Below are positions 13,199 through 28,600 of a DNA stretch of 64,000 bases, one piece after another (position 1 is the first letter of the stretch; each line of letters starts with the position of its first letter). Under the pieces are notes generated by a model, which made no database searches, had not been told where the DNA came from, and was given only the letters and a program-made list of their open reading frames with translations. This stretch comes from Auanema rhodensis. Lineage: Eukaryota; Animalia; Nematoda. The translations under genes and the position numbers were made by a program. The stretch covers positions 23,064,001-23,128,000 of the forward strand of contig OZ059896.1 of assembly GCA_964057225.1 (NCBI GenBank), in the 5' to 3' direction.

Positions 13199-16100
13199 AA
13201 GATAAAGAGATGCGGTTTTCAAAATTAGATTCCCCATGTCCATATTAGTCTAAAAACAAATTTTTATTGATATTGGTTCATGGTAACCATGACTTTGAAA
13301 TTTACGTGAACTTTAATTTATGCTAATCAAATGTACACGTGATGTGCACTTGGTATGTAACTCGCTTCACGTGAAAGATAAAGAGATGCGGTTTTCAAAA
13401 TTAGATTCCCCATGTCCATATTAGTCTAAAAACAAATTTTTATTGATATTGGTTCATGGTAACCATGACTTTGAAATTTACGTGAACTTTAATTTATGCT
13501 AATTAAATGTACACGTGATGTGCACTTGGTATGTAACTCGCTTCACGTGAAAGATAAAGAGATGCGGTTTTCAAAATTAGATTCCCCATGTCCATATTAG
13601 TCTAAAAACAAATTTTTATTGATATTGGTTCATGGTAACCATGACTTTGAAATTTACGTGAACTGTAATTTATGCTAATTAAATGTACACGTGATGTGCA
13701 CTTGGTATGTAACTCGCTTCACGTGAAAGATAAAGAGATGCGGTTTTCAAAATTAGATTCCCCATGTCCATATTAGTCTAAAAACAAATTTTTATTAATA
13801 TTGGTTCATGGTAACCATGTCTTTGAAATTTACGTGAACTTTAATTTATGCTAATTGAATGTACACGTGATGTGCACTTGGTATGTAACTCGCTTCACGT
13901 GAAAGATAAAGAGATGCGGTTTTCAAAATTAGATTCCCCATGTCCATATTAGTCTAAAAACAAATTTTTATTGATATTGGTTCATGGTAACCATGACTTT
14001 GAAATTTACGTGAACTTTAATTTATGCTAATTAAATGTACACGTGATGTGCACTTGGTATGTAACTCGCTTCACGTGAAAGATAAAGAGATGCGGTTTTC
14101 AAAATTAGATTCCCCATGTCCATATTAGTCTAAAAACAAATTTTTATTGATATTGGTTCATGGTAACCATGACTTTGAAATTTACGTGAACTTTAATTTA
14201 TGCTAATCAAATGTACACGTGATGTGCACTTGGTATGTAACTCGCTTCACGTGAAAGAGAAAGAGATGCGGTTTTTAAAATTAGATTCCCCATGTCCATA
14301 TTAGTCTAAAAACAAATCTTTATTGATATTGGTTCATGGTAACCATGACTTTGAAATTTACGTGAACTTTAATTTATGCTAATTAAATGTACACGTGATG
14401 TGCACTTGGTATGTAACTCGCTTCACGTGAAAGATAAAGAGATGCGGTTTTCAAAATTAGATTCCCCATGTCCATATTAGTCTAAAAACAAATTTTTATT
14501 GATATTGGTTCATGGTAACCATGACTTTGAAATTTACGTGAACTTTAATTTATGCTAATTAAATGTACACGTGATGTGCACTTGGTATGTAACTCGCTTC
14601 ACGTGAAAGATAAAGAGATGCGGTTTTCAAAATTAGATTCCCCATGTCCATATTAGTCTAAAAACAAATTTTTATTAATATTGGTTCATGGTAACCATGT
14701 CTTTGAAATTTACGTGAACTTTAATTTATGCTAATTAAATGTACACGTGATGTGCACTTGGTATGTAACTCGCTTCACGTGAAAGATAAAGAGATGCGGT
14801 TTTCAAAATTAGATTCCCCATGTCCATATTAGTCTAAAAACAAATTTTTATTGATATTGGTTCATGGTAACCATGACTTTGAAATTTACGTGAACTTTAA
14901 TTTATGCTAATTAAATGTACACGTGATGTGCACTTGGTATGTAACTCGCTTCACGTGAAAGATAAAGAGATGCGGTTTTCAAAATTAGATTCCCCATGTC
15001 CATATTAGTCTAAAAACAAATTTTTATTAATATTGGTTCATGGTAACCATGTCTTTGAAATTTACGTGAACTTTAATTTATGCTAATTGAATGTACACGT
15101 GATGTGCACTTGGTATGTAACTCGCTTCACGTGAAAGATAAAGAGATGCGGTTTTCAAATTAGATTCCCCATGTCCATATTAGTCTAAAAACAAATTTTT
15201 ATTGATATTGGTTCATGGTAACCATGACTTTGAAATTTACGTGAACTTTAATTTATGCTAATTAAATGTACACGTGATGTGCACTTGGTATGTAACTCGC
15301 TTCACGTGAAAGATAAAGAGATGCGGTTTTCAAAATTAGATTCCCCATGTCCATATTAGTCTAAAAACAAATTTTTATTAATATTGGTTCATGGTAACCA
15401 TGTCTTTGAAATTTACGTGAACTTTAATTTATGCTAATTAAATGTACACGTGATGTGCACTTGGTATGTAACTCGCTTCACGTGAAAGATAAAGAGATGC
15501 GGTTTTCAAAATTAGATTCCCCATGCCCATATTAGTCTAAAAACAAATTTTTATTGATATTGGTTCATGGTAACCATGACTTTGAAATTTACGTGAACTT
15601 TAATTTATGCTAATTAAATGTACACGTGATGTGCACTTGGTATGTAACTCGCTTCACGTGAAAGATAAAGAGATGCGGTTTTCAAAATTAGATTCCCCAT
15701 GTCCATATTAGTCTAAAAACAAATTTTTATTGATATTGGTTCATGGTAACCATGACTTTGAAATTTACGTGAACTTTAATTTATGCTAATCAAATGTACA
15801 CGTGATGTGCACTTGGTATGTAACTCGCTTCACGTGAAAGATAAAGAGATGCGGTTTTCAAAATTAGATTCCCCATGTCCATATTAGTCTAAAAACAAAT
15901 TTTTATTGATATTGGTTCATGGTAACCATGACTTTGAAATTTACGTGAACTTTAATTTATGCTAATTAAATGTACACGTGATGTGCACTTGGTATGTAAC
16001 TCGCTTCACGTGAAAGATAAAGAGATGCGGTTTTCAAAATTAGATTCCCCATGTCCATATTAGTCTAAAAACAAATTTTTATTGATATTGGTTCATGGTA

Positions 16101-18124
16101 ACCATGACTTTGAAATTTACGTGAACTGTAATTTATGCTAATTAAATGTACACGTGATGTGCACTTGGTATGTAACTCGCTTCACGTGAAAGATAAAGAG
16201 ATGCGGTTTTCAAAATTAGATTCCCCATGTCCATATTAGTCTAAAAACAAATTTTTATTAATATTGGTTCATGGTAACCATGTCTTTGAAATTTACGTGA
16301 ACTTTAATTTATGCTAATTGAATGTACACGTGATGTGCACTTGGTATGTAACTCGCTTCACGTGAAAGATAAAGAGATGCGGTTTTCAAAATTAGATTCC
16401 CCATGTCCATATTAGTCTAAAAACAAATTTTTATTGATATTGGTTCATGGTAACCATGACTTTGAAATTTACGTGAACTTTAATTTATGCTAATTAAATG
16501 TACACGTGATGTGCACTTGGTATGTAACTCGCTTCACGTGAAAGATAAAGAGATGCGGTTTTCAAAATTAGATTCCCCATGTCCATATTAGTCTAAAAAC
16601 AAATTTTTATTGATATTGGTTCATGGTAACCATGACTTTGAAATTTACGTGAACTTTAATTTATGCTAATCAAATGTACACGTGATGTGCACTTGGTATG
16701 TAACTCGCTTCACGTGAAAGAGAAAGAGATGCGGTTTTTAAAATTAGATTCCCCATGTCCATATTAGTCTAAAAACAAATCTTTATTGATATTGGTTCAT
16801 GGTAACCATGACTTTGAAATTTACGTGAACTTTAATTTATGCTAATTAAATGTACACGTGATGTGCACTTGGTATGTAACTCGCTTCACGTGAAAGATAA
16901 AGAGATGCGGTTTTCAAAATTAGATTCCCCATGTCCATATTAGTCTAAAAACAAATTTTTATTGATATTGGTTCATGGTAACCATGACTTTGAAATTTAC
17001 GTGAACTTTAATTTATGCTAATTAAATGTACACGTGATGTGCACTTGGTATGTAACTCGCTTCACGTGAAAGATAAAGAGATGCGGTTTTCAAAATTAGA
17101 TTCCCCATGTCCATATTAGTCTAAAAACAAATTTTTATTAATATTGGTTCATGGTAACCATGTCTTTGAAATTTACGTGAACTTTAATTTATGCTAATTA
17201 AATGTACACGTGATGTGCACTTGGTATGTAACTCGCTTCACGTGAAAGATAAAGAGATGCGGTTTTCAAAATTAGATTCCCCATGTCCATATTAGTCTAA
17301 AAACAAATTTTTATTGATATTGGTTCATGGTAACCATGACTTTGAAATTTACGTGAACTTTAATTTATGCTAATTAAATGTACACGTGATGTGCACTTGG
17401 TATGTAACTCGCTTCACGTGAAAGATAAAGAGATGCGGTTTTCAAAATTAGATTCCCCATGTCCATATTAGTCTAAAAACAAATTTTTATTAATATTGGT
17501 TCATGGTAACCATGTCTTTGAAATTTACGTGAACTTTAATTTATGCTAATTGAATGTACACGTGATGTGCACTTGGTATGTAACTCGCTTCACGTGAAAG
17601 ATAAAGAGATGCGGTTTTCAAATTAGATTCCCCATGTCCATATTAGTCTAAAAACAAATTTTTATTGATATTGGTTCATGGTAACCATGACTTTGAAATT
17701 TACGTGAACTTTAATTTATGCTAATTAAATGTACACGTGATGTGCACTTGGTATGTAACTCGCTTCACGTGAAAGATAAAGAGATGCGGTTTTCAAAATT
17801 AGATTCCCCATGTCCATATTAGTCTAAAAACAAATTTTTATTAATATTGGTTCATGGTAACCATGTCTTTGAAATTTACGTGAACTTTAATTTATGCTAA
17901 TTAAATGTACACGTGATGTGCACTTGGTATGTAACTCGCTTCACGTGAAAGATAAAGAGATGCGGTTTTCAAAATTAGATTCCCCATGCCCATATTAGTC
18001 TAAAAACAAATTTTTATTGATATTGGTTCATGGTAACCATGACTTTGAAATTTACGTGAACTTTAATTTATGCTAATTAAATGTACACGTGATGTGCACT
18101 TGGTATGTAACTCGCTTCACGTGA
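13199..18124 (+). repeat. 14-mer higher-order tandem duplication (2463 bp x2)
   Basis: AATC 13328/15791, AACTGTAAT 13665/16128, GAGAAAG+TTTTTAAA+AAATCTT monomer 14255/16718, A-deletion monomer 15135/17598, CATGCCC monomer 15486/17949. Confidence 0.92.
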
Positions 18125-19532
18125 AAGATAAAGAGATGCGGTTTTCAAAATTAGATTCCCCATGTCCATATTAGTCTAAAAACAAATTTTTATTGATATT
18201 GGTTCATGGTAACCATGACTTTGAAATTTACGTGAACTTTAATTTATGCTAATTAAATGTACACGTGATGTGCACTTGGTATGTAACTCGCTTCACGTGA
18301 AAGATAAAGAGATGCGGTTTTCAAAATTAGATTCCCCATGTCCATATTAGTATAAAAACAAATTTTTATTAATATTGGTTCATGGTAACCATGACTTTGA
18401 AATTTACGTGAACTTTAATTTATGCTAATTAAATGTACACGTGATGTGCACTTGGTATGTAACTCGCTTCACGTGAAAGATAAAGAGATGCGGTTTTCAA
18501 AATTAGATTCCCCATGTCCATATTAGTCTAAAAACAAATTTTTATTGATATTGGTTCATGGTAACCATGACTTTGAAATTTACGTGAACTTTAATTTATG
18601 CTAATTAAATGTACACGTGATGTGCACTTGGTATGTAACTCGCTTCACGTGAAAGATAAAGAGATGCGGTTTTCAAAATTAGATTCCCCATGTCCATATT
18701 AGTCTAAAAACAAATTTTTATTAATATTGGTTCATGGTAACCATGTCTTTGAAATTTACGTGAACTTTAATTTATGCTAATTAAATGTACACGTGATGTG
18801 CACTTGGTATGTAACTCGCTTCACGTGAAAGATAAAGAGATGCGGTTTTCAAAATTAGATTCCCCATGTCCATATTAGTCTAAAAACAAATTTTTATTAA
18901 TATTGGTTCATGGTAACCATGACTTTGAAATTTACGTGAACTTTAATTTATGCTAATTAAATGTACACGTGATGTGCACTTGGTATGTAACTCGCTTCAC
19001 GTGTAAGATAAAGAGATGCGGTTTTCAAAATTAGATTCCCCATGTCCATATTAGTCTAAAAACAAATTGTTATTGATATTGGTTCATGGTAACCATGTCT
19101 TTGAAATTTTCGTGAACTTTAATTTATGCTAATTAAATGTACACGTGATGTGCACTTGGTATGTAACTCGCTTCATGTGAAAGATAAAGAGATGCGGTTT
19201 TCAAAATTAGATTCCCCATGTCCATATTAGTCTAAAAACAAATTTTTATTAATATTGGTTCATGGTAACCATGTCTTTGAAATTTACGTGAACTTTAATT
19301 TATGCTAATTAAATGTACACGTGATGTGCTCTTGGTATGTAACTCGCTTCACGTGAAAGATAAAGAGATGCGGTTTTCAAAATTAGATTCCCCATGTCCA
19401 TATTAGTCTAAAAACAAATTTTTATTAATATTGGTTCATGGTAACCATGTCTTTGAAATTTACGTGAACTTTAATTTATGCTAATTAAATGTACACGTGA
19501 TGTGCACTTGGTATGTAACTCGCTTCACGTGA

Positions 19533-20236
19533 AAGAAAAAGAGATGCGGTTTTCAAAATTAGATTCCCCATGTCCATATTAATCTAAAAACAAATTTTTA
19601 TTGATATTGGTTCATGGTAACCATGACTTTGAAATTTACGTGAACTTTAATTTATGCTAATTAAATGTACACGTGATGTGCACTTGGTATGTAACTCGCT
19701 TCACGTGAAAGATAAAGAGATGCGGTTTTCAAAATTAGATTCCCCATTTCCATATTAGTCTAAAAACAAATTTTTATTAATATTGGTTCATGGTAACCAT
19801 GTCTTTGAAATTTACGTGAACTTTAATTTATGCTAATTAAATGTACACGTGATGTGCACTTGGTATGTAACTCGCTTCACGTGAAAGAAAAAGAGATGCG
19901 GTTTTCAAAATTAGATTCCCCATGTCCATATTAATCTAAAAACAAATTTTTATTGATATTGGTTCATGGTAACCATGACTTTGAAATTTACGTGAACTTT
20001 AATTTATGCTAATTAAATGTACACGTGATGTGCACTTGGTATGTAACTCGCTTCACGTGAAAGATAAAGAGATGCGGTTTTCAAAATTAGATTCCCCATT
20101 TCCATATTAGTCTAAAAACAAATTTTTATTAATATTGGTTCATGGTAACCATGTCTTTGAAATTTACGTGAACTTTAATTTATGCTAATTAAATGTACAC
20201 GTGATGTGCACTTGGTATGTAACTCGCTTCACGTGA
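19533..20236 (+). repeat. Dimer (352-bp) tandem duplication
   Basis: An AGAAAAAG+AATCTA monomer followed by a CATTTCC monomer, repeated twice. Confidence 0.88.
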
Positions 20237-23200
20237 AAGATAAAGAGATGCGGTTTTCAAAATTAGATTCCCCATGTCCATATTAGTCTAAAAACAAATT
20301 TTTATTGATATTGGTTCATGGTAACCATGATTTTGAAATTTACGTGAACTTTAATTTATGCTAATTAAATGTACACGTGATGTGCACTTGGTATGTAACT
20401 CGCTTCACGTGAAAGATAAAGAAATGCGGTTTTCAAAATTAGATTCCCCATGTCCATTTTAGTCTAAAAACAAATTTTTATTGATATTGGTTCATGGTAA
20501 CCATGACTTTGAAATTTACGTGAACTTTAATTTATGCTAATTAAATGTACACGTGATGTGCACTTGGTATGTAACTCGCTTCACGTGAAAGATAAAGAGA
20601 TGCGGTTTTCAAAATTAGATTCCCCATGTCCATATTAGTCTAAAAACAAATTTTTATTAATATTGGTTCATGGTAACCATGTCTTTGAAATTTACGTGAA
20701 CTTTAATAAATGCTAATTAAATGTACACGTGATGTGCTCTTGGTATGTAACTCGCTTCACGTGAAAGATAAAGAGATGCGGTTTTCAAAATTAGATTCCC
20801 CATGTCCATATTAGTCTAAAAACAAATTTTTATTGATATTGGTTCATGGTAACCATGACTTTGAAATTTACGTGAACTTTAATTTATGCTAATTAAATGT
20901 ACACGTGATGTGCACTTGGTATGTAACTCGCTTCACGTGAAAGATAAAGAGATGCGGTTTTCAAAATTAGATTCCCCATGTCCATATTAGTCTAAAAACA
21001 AATTTTTATTAATATTGGTTCATGGTAACCATGTCTTTGAAATTTACGTGAACTTTAATTTATGCTAATTAAATGTACACGTGATGTGCACTTGGTATGT
21101 AACTCGCTTCACGTGAAAGATAAAGAGATGCGGTTTTCAAAATTAGATTCCCCATGTCCATATTAGTCTAAAAACAAATTTTTATTAATATTGGTTCATG
21201 GTAACCATGTCTTTGAAATTTACGTGAACTTTAATTTATGCTAATTAAATGTACACGTGATGTGCACTTGGTATGTAACTCGCTTCACGTGAAAGATAAA
21301 GAGATGCGGTTTTCAAAATTAGATTCCCCATGTCCATATTAGTCTAAAAACAAATTTTTATTAATATTGGTTCATGGTAACCATGTCTTTGAAATTTACG
21401 TGAACTTTAATTTATGCTAATTAAATGTACACGTGATGTGCACTTGGTATGTAACTCGCTTCACGTGAAAGATAAAGAGATGCGGTTTTCAAAATTAAAT
21501 TCCCCATGTCCATATTAGTCTAAAAACAAATTTTTATTGATATTGGTTCATGGTAACCATGACTTTGAAATTTACGTGAACTTTAATTTATGCTAATTAA
21601 ATGTACACGTGATGTGCACTTGGTATGTAACTCGCTTCACGTGAAAGATAAAGAGATGCGGTTTTCAAAATTAGATTCCCCATGTCCATATTAGTCTAAA
21701 AACAACTTTTTATTAATATTGGTTCATGGTAACCATGTCTTTGAAATTTACGTGAACTTTAATTTATGCTAATTAAATGTACACGTGATGTGCACTTGGT
21801 ATGTAACTCGCTTCACGTGAAAGATAAAGAGATGCGGTTTTCAAAATTAGATTCCCCATGTCCATATTAGTCTAAAAACAAATTTTTATTAATATTGGTT
21901 CATGGTAACCATGTCTTTGAAATTTACGTGAACTTTAATTTATGCTAATTAAATGTACACGTGATGTGCACTTGGTATGTAACTCGCTTTACGTAAAAGA
22001 TAAAGAGATGCGGTTTTCAAAATTAAATTCCCCATGTCCATATTAGTCTAAAAACAAATTTTTATTGATATTGGTTCATGGTAACCATGACTTTGAAATT
22101 TACGTGAACTTTAATTTATGCTAATTAAATGTACACGTGATGTGCACTTGGTATGTAACTCGCTTCACGTGAAAGATAAAGAGATGCGGTTTTCAAAATT
22201 AGATTCCCCATGTCCATATTAGTCTAAAAACAAATTTTTATTGATATTGGTTCATGGTAACCATGACTTTGAAATTTACGTGAACTTTAATTTATGCTAA
22301 TTAAATGTACACGTGATGTGCACTTGGTATGTAACTCGCTTCACGTGAAAGATAAAGAGATGCGGTTTTCAAAATTAGATTCCCCATGTCCATATTAGTC
22401 TAAAAACAAATTTTTATTGATATTGCTTCATGGTAACCATGACTTTGAAATTTACGTGAACTTTAATTTATGCTAATTAAATGTACACGTGATGTGCACT
22501 TGGTATGTAACTCGCTTCACGTGAAAGATAAAGAGATGCGGTTTTCAAAATTAGATTCCCCATGTCCATATTAGTCTAAAAACAAATTTTTATTAATATT
22601 GGTTCATGGTAACCATGACTTTGAAATTTACGTGAACTTTAATTTATGCTAATTAAATGTACACGTGATGTGCACTTGGTATGTAACTCGCTTCACGTGA
22701 AAGATAAAGAGATGCGGTTTTCAAAATTAGATTCCCCATGTCCATATTAGTCTAAAAACAAATTTTTATTAATATTGGTTCATGGTAACCATGTCTTTGA
22801 AATTTACGTGAACTTTAATTTATGCTAATTAAATGTACACGTGATGTGCACTTGGTATGTAACTCGCTTCACGTGAAAGATAAAGAGATGCGGTTTTCAA
22901 AATTAGATTCCCCATGTCCATATTAGTCTAAAAACAAATTTTTATTAATATTGGTTCATGGTAACCATGTCTTTGAAATTTACGTGAACTTTAATTTATG
23001 CTAATTAAATGTACACGTGATGTGCACTTGGTATGTAACTCGCTTCACGTGAAAGATAAAGAGATGCGGTTTTCAAAATTAAATTCCCCATGTCCATATT
23101 AGTCTAAAAACAAATTTTTATTGATATTGGTTCATGGTAACCATGACTTTGAAATTTACGTGAACTTTAATTTATGCTAATTAAATGTACACGTGATGTG

Positions 23201-25692
23201 CACTTGGTATGTAACTCGCTTCACGTGAAAGATAAAGAGATGCGGTTTTCAAAATTAGATTCCCCATGTCCATATTAGTCTAAAAACAAATTTTTATTAA
23301 TATTGGTTCATGGTAACCATGTCTTTGAAATTTACGTGAACTTTAATTTATGCTAATTAAATGTACACGTGATGTGCACTTGGTATGTAACTCGCTTCAC
23401 GTGAAAGATAAAGAGATGCGGTTTTCAAAATTAGATTCCCCATGTCCATATTAGTCTAAAAACAAATTTTTATTAATATTGGTTCATGGTAACCATGTCT
23501 TTGAAATTTACGTGAACTTTAATTTATGCTAATTAAATGTACACGTGATGTGCACTTGGTATGTAACTCGCTTCACGTGAAAGATAAAGAGATGCGGTTT
23601 TCAAAATTAAATTCCCCATGTCCATATTAGTCTAAAAACAAATTTTTATTGATATTGGTTCATGGTAACCATGACTTTGAAATTTACGTGAACTTTAATT
23701 TATGCTAATTAAATGTACACGTGATGTGCACTTGGTATGTAACTCGCTTCACGTGAAAGATAAAGAGATGCGGTTTTCAAAATTAGATTCTTCATGTCCA
23801 TATTAGTCTAAAAACAAATTTTTATTAATATTGGTTCATGGTAACCATGTCTTTGAAATTTACGTGAACTTTAATTTATGCTAATTAAATGTACACGTGA
23901 TGTGCACTTGGTATGTAACTCGCTTCACGTGAAAGATAAAGAGATGCGGTTTTCAAAATTAGATTCCCCATGTCCATATTAGTCTAAAAACAAATTTTTA
24001 TTAATATTGGTTCATGGTAACCATGTCTTTGAAATTTACGTGAACTTTAATTTATGCTAATTAAATGTACACGTGATGAGCACTTGGTATGTAACTCGCT
24101 TCACGTGAAAGATAAAGAGATGCGGTTTTCAAAATTAGATTCCCCATGTCCATATTAGTCTAAAAACAAATTTTTATTGATATTGGTTCATGGTAACCAT
24201 GACTTTGAAATTTACGTGAACTTTAATTTATGCTAATTAAATGTACACGTGATGTGCACTTGGTATGTAACTCGCTTCACGTAAAAGATAAAGAGATGCG
24301 GTCTTCAAAATTAGATTCCCCATGTCCATATTAGTCTAAAAACAAATTTTTATTAATATTGGTTCATGGTAACCATGACTTTGAAATTTACGTGAACTTT
24401 AATTTATGCTAATTAAATGTACACGTGATGTGCACTTGGTATGTAACTCGCTTCACGTGAAAGATAAAGAGATGCGGTTTTCAAAATTAGATTCCCCATG
24501 TCCATATTAGTCTAAAAACAAATTTTTATTAATATTGGTTCATGGTAACCATGACTTTGAAATTTACGTGAACTTTAATTTATGCTAATTAAATGTACAC
24601 GTGATGTGCACTTGGTATGTAACTCGCTTCACGTGAAAGATAAAGAGATGCAGTTTTCAAAATTAGATTCCCCATGTCCATATTAGTCTAAAAACAAATT
24701 TTTATTGATAATGGTTCATGGTAACCATGTCTTTGAAATTTACGTGAACTTTAATTTATGCTAATTAAATGTACACGTGATGTGCACTTGGTATGTAACT
24801 CGCTTCACGTGAAAGATAAAGAGATGCGGTTTTCAAAATTAGATTCCCCATGTCCATATTAGTCTAAAAACAAATTTTTATTAATATTGGTTCATGGTAA
24901 CCATGTCTTTGAAATTTACGTGAACTTTAATTTATGCTAATTAAATGTACACGTGATGTGCACTTGGTATGTAACTCGCTTCACGTGAAAGATAAAGAGA
25001 TGCGGTTTTCAAAATTAGATTCCCCATGTCCATATTAGTCTAAAAACAAATTTTTATTAATATTGGTTCATGGTAACCATGTCTTTGAAATTTACGTGAA
25101 CTTTAATTTATGCTAATTAAATGTACACGTGATGTGCACTTGGTATGTAACTCGCTTCAAGTGAAAGATAAAGAGATGCGGTTTTCAAAATTAGATTCCC
25201 CATGTCCATATTAGTCTAAAAACAAATTTTTATTAATATTGGTTCATGGTAACCATGTCTTTGAAATTTACGTGAACTTTAATTTATGCTAATTAAATGT
25301 ACACGTGATGTGCACTTGGTATGTAACTCGCTTCACGTGAAAGATAAAGAGATGCGGTTTTCAAAATTAGATTCCCCATGTCCATATTAGTCTAAAAACA
25401 AATTTTTATTGATATGGGTTCATGGTAACCATGACTTTGAAATTTACGTGAACTTTAATTTATGCTAATTAAATGTACACGTGATGTGCACTTGGTATGT
25501 AACTCGCTTCACGTGAAAGATAAAGAGATGCGGTTTTCAAAATTAGATTCCCCATGTCCATATTAGTCTAAAAACAAATTTTTATTAATATTGGTTCATG
25601 GTAACCATGTCTTTGAAATTTACGTGAACTTTAATTTATGCTAATTAAATGTACACGTGATGTGCACTTGGTATGTAACTCGCTTCACGTAA

Positions 25693-28600
25693 AAGATAAA
25701 GAGATGCGGTCTTCAAAATTAGATTCCCCATGTCCATATTAGTCTAAAAACAAATTTTTATTGATATTGGTTCATGGTAACCATGATTTTGAAATTTACG
25801 TGAACTTTAATTTATGCTAATTAAATGTACACGTGATGTGCACTTGGTATGTAACTCGCTTCACGTGAAAGATAAAGAGATGCGGTTTTCAAAATTAGAT
25901 TCCCCATGTCCATATTAGTCTAAAAACAAATTTTTATTAATATTGGTTCATGGTAACCATGTCTTTGAAATTTACGTGAACTTTAATTTATGCTAATTAA
26001 ATGTACACGTGATGTGCACTTGGTATGTAACTCGCTTCACGTGAAAGATAAAGAGATGCGGTTTTCAAAATTAGATTCCCCATGTCCATATTAGTCTAAA
26101 AACAAATTTTTATTAATATTGGTTCATGGTAACCATGTCTTTGAAATTTACGTGAACTTTAATTTATGCTAATTAAATGTACACGTGATGTGCACTTGGT
26201 ATGTAACTCGCTTCACGTGAAAGATAAAGAGATGCGGTTTTCAAAATTAGATTCCCCATGTCCATATTAGTCTAAAAAAAATTTTTATTAATATTGGTTC
26301 ATGGTAACCATGTCTTTGAAATTTACGTGAACTTTAATTTATGCTAATTAAATGTACACGTGATGTGCACTTGGTATGTAACTCGCTTCACAGGAAAGAT
26401 AAAGAGATGCGGTTTTCAAAATTAGATTCCCCATGTCCATATTAGTCTAAAAACAAATTTTTATTAATATTGGTTCATGGTAACCATGTCTTTGAAATTT
26501 ACGTGAACTTTAATTTATGCTAATTAAATGTACACGTGATGTGCACTTGGTATGTAACTCGCTTCACGTGAAAGATAAAGAGATGCGGTTTTCAAAATTA
26601 GATTCCCCATGTCCATATTAGTCTAAAAACAAATTTTTATTGATATTGATTCATGGTAACCATGACTTTGAAATTTACGTGAACTTTAATTTATGCTAAT
26701 TAAATGTACACGTGATGTGCACTTGGTATGTAACTCGCTTCACGTGAAAGATAAAGAGATGCGGTTTTCAAAATTAGATTCCCCATGTCCACATTAGTCT
26801 AAAAACAAATTTTTATTAATATTGGTTCATGGTAACCATGTCTTTGAAATTTACGTGAACTTTAATTTATGCTAATTAAATGTACACGTGATGTGCACTT
26901 GGTATGTAACTCGCTTCATGTAAAAGATAAAGAGATGCGGTCTTCAAAATTAGATTCCCCATGTCCATATTAGTCTAAAAACAAATTATTATTGATATTG
27001 GTTCATGGTAACCATGATTTTGAAATTTACGTGAACTTTAATTTATGCTAATTAAATGTACACGTGATGTGCACTTGGTATGTAACTCGCTTCATGTAAA
27101 AGATAAAGAGATGCGGTCTTCAAAATTAGATTCCCCATGTCCATATTAGTCTAAAAACAAATTTTTATTGATATTGGTTCATGGTAACCATGTCTTTGAA
27201 ATTTACGTGAACTTTAATTTATGCTAATTAAATGTACACGTGATGTGCACTTGGTATGTAACTCGCTTCACGTGAAAGATAAAGAGATGCGGTTTTCAAA
27301 ATTAGATTCCCCATGTCCATATTAGTCTAAAAACAAATTTTTATTAATATTGGTTCATGGTAACCATGTCTTTGAAATTTACGTGAACTTTAATTTATGC
27401 TAATTAAATGTACACGTGATGTGCACTTGGTATGTAACTCGCTTCACGTGAAAGATAAAGAGATGCGGTCTTCAAAATTAGATTCCCCATGTCCATATTA
27501 GTCTAAAAACAAATTTTTATTAATATTGGTTCATGGTAACCATGTCTTTGAAATTTACGTGAACTTTAATTTATGCTAATTAAATGTACACGTGATGTGC
27601 ACTTGGTATGTAACTCGCTTCACGTAAAAGATAAAGAGATGCGGTCTTCAAAATTAGATTCCCCATGTCCATATTAGTCTAAAAACAAATTTTTATTGAT
27701 ATTGGTTCATGGTAACCATGATTTTGAAATTTACGTGAACTTTAATTTATGCTAATTAAATGTACACGTGATGTGCACTTGGTATGTAACTCGCTTCACG
27801 TGAAAGATAAAGAGATGCGGTTTTCAAAATTAGATTCCCCATGTCCATATTAGTCTAAAAACAAATTTTTATTAATATTGGTTCATGGTAACCATGTCTT
27901 TGAAATTTACGTGAACTTTAATTTATGCTAATTAAATGTACACGTGATGTGCACTTGGTATGTAACTCGCTTCACGTGAAAGATAAAGAGATGCGGTTTT
28001 CAAAATTAGATTCCCCATGTCCATATTAGTCTAAAAACAAATTTTTATTAATATTGGTTCATGGTAACCATGTCTTTGAAATTTACGTGAACTTTAATTT
28101 ATGCTAATTAAATGTACACGTGATGTGCACTTGGTATGTAACTCGCTTCACGTGAAAGATAAAGAGATGCGGTTTTCAAAATTAGATTCCCCATGTCCAT
28201 ATTAGTCTAAAAAAAATTTTTATTAATATTGGTTCATGGTAACCATGTCTTTGAAATTTACGTGAACTTTAATTTATGCTAATTAAATGTACACGTGATG
28301 TGCACTTGGTATGTAACTCGCTTCACGTGAAAGATAAAGAGATGCGGTTTTCAAAATTAGATTCCCCATGTCCATATTAGTCTAAAAACAAATTTTTATT
28401 AATATTGGTTCATGGTAACCATGTCTTTGAAATTTACGTGAACTTTAATTTATGCTAATTAAATGTACACGTGATGTGCACTTGGTATGTAACTCGCTTC
28501 ACGTGAAAGATAAAGAGATGCGGTTTTCAAAATTAGATTCCCCATGTCCATATTAGTCTAAAAACAAATTTTTATTGATATTGATTCATGGTAACCATGA

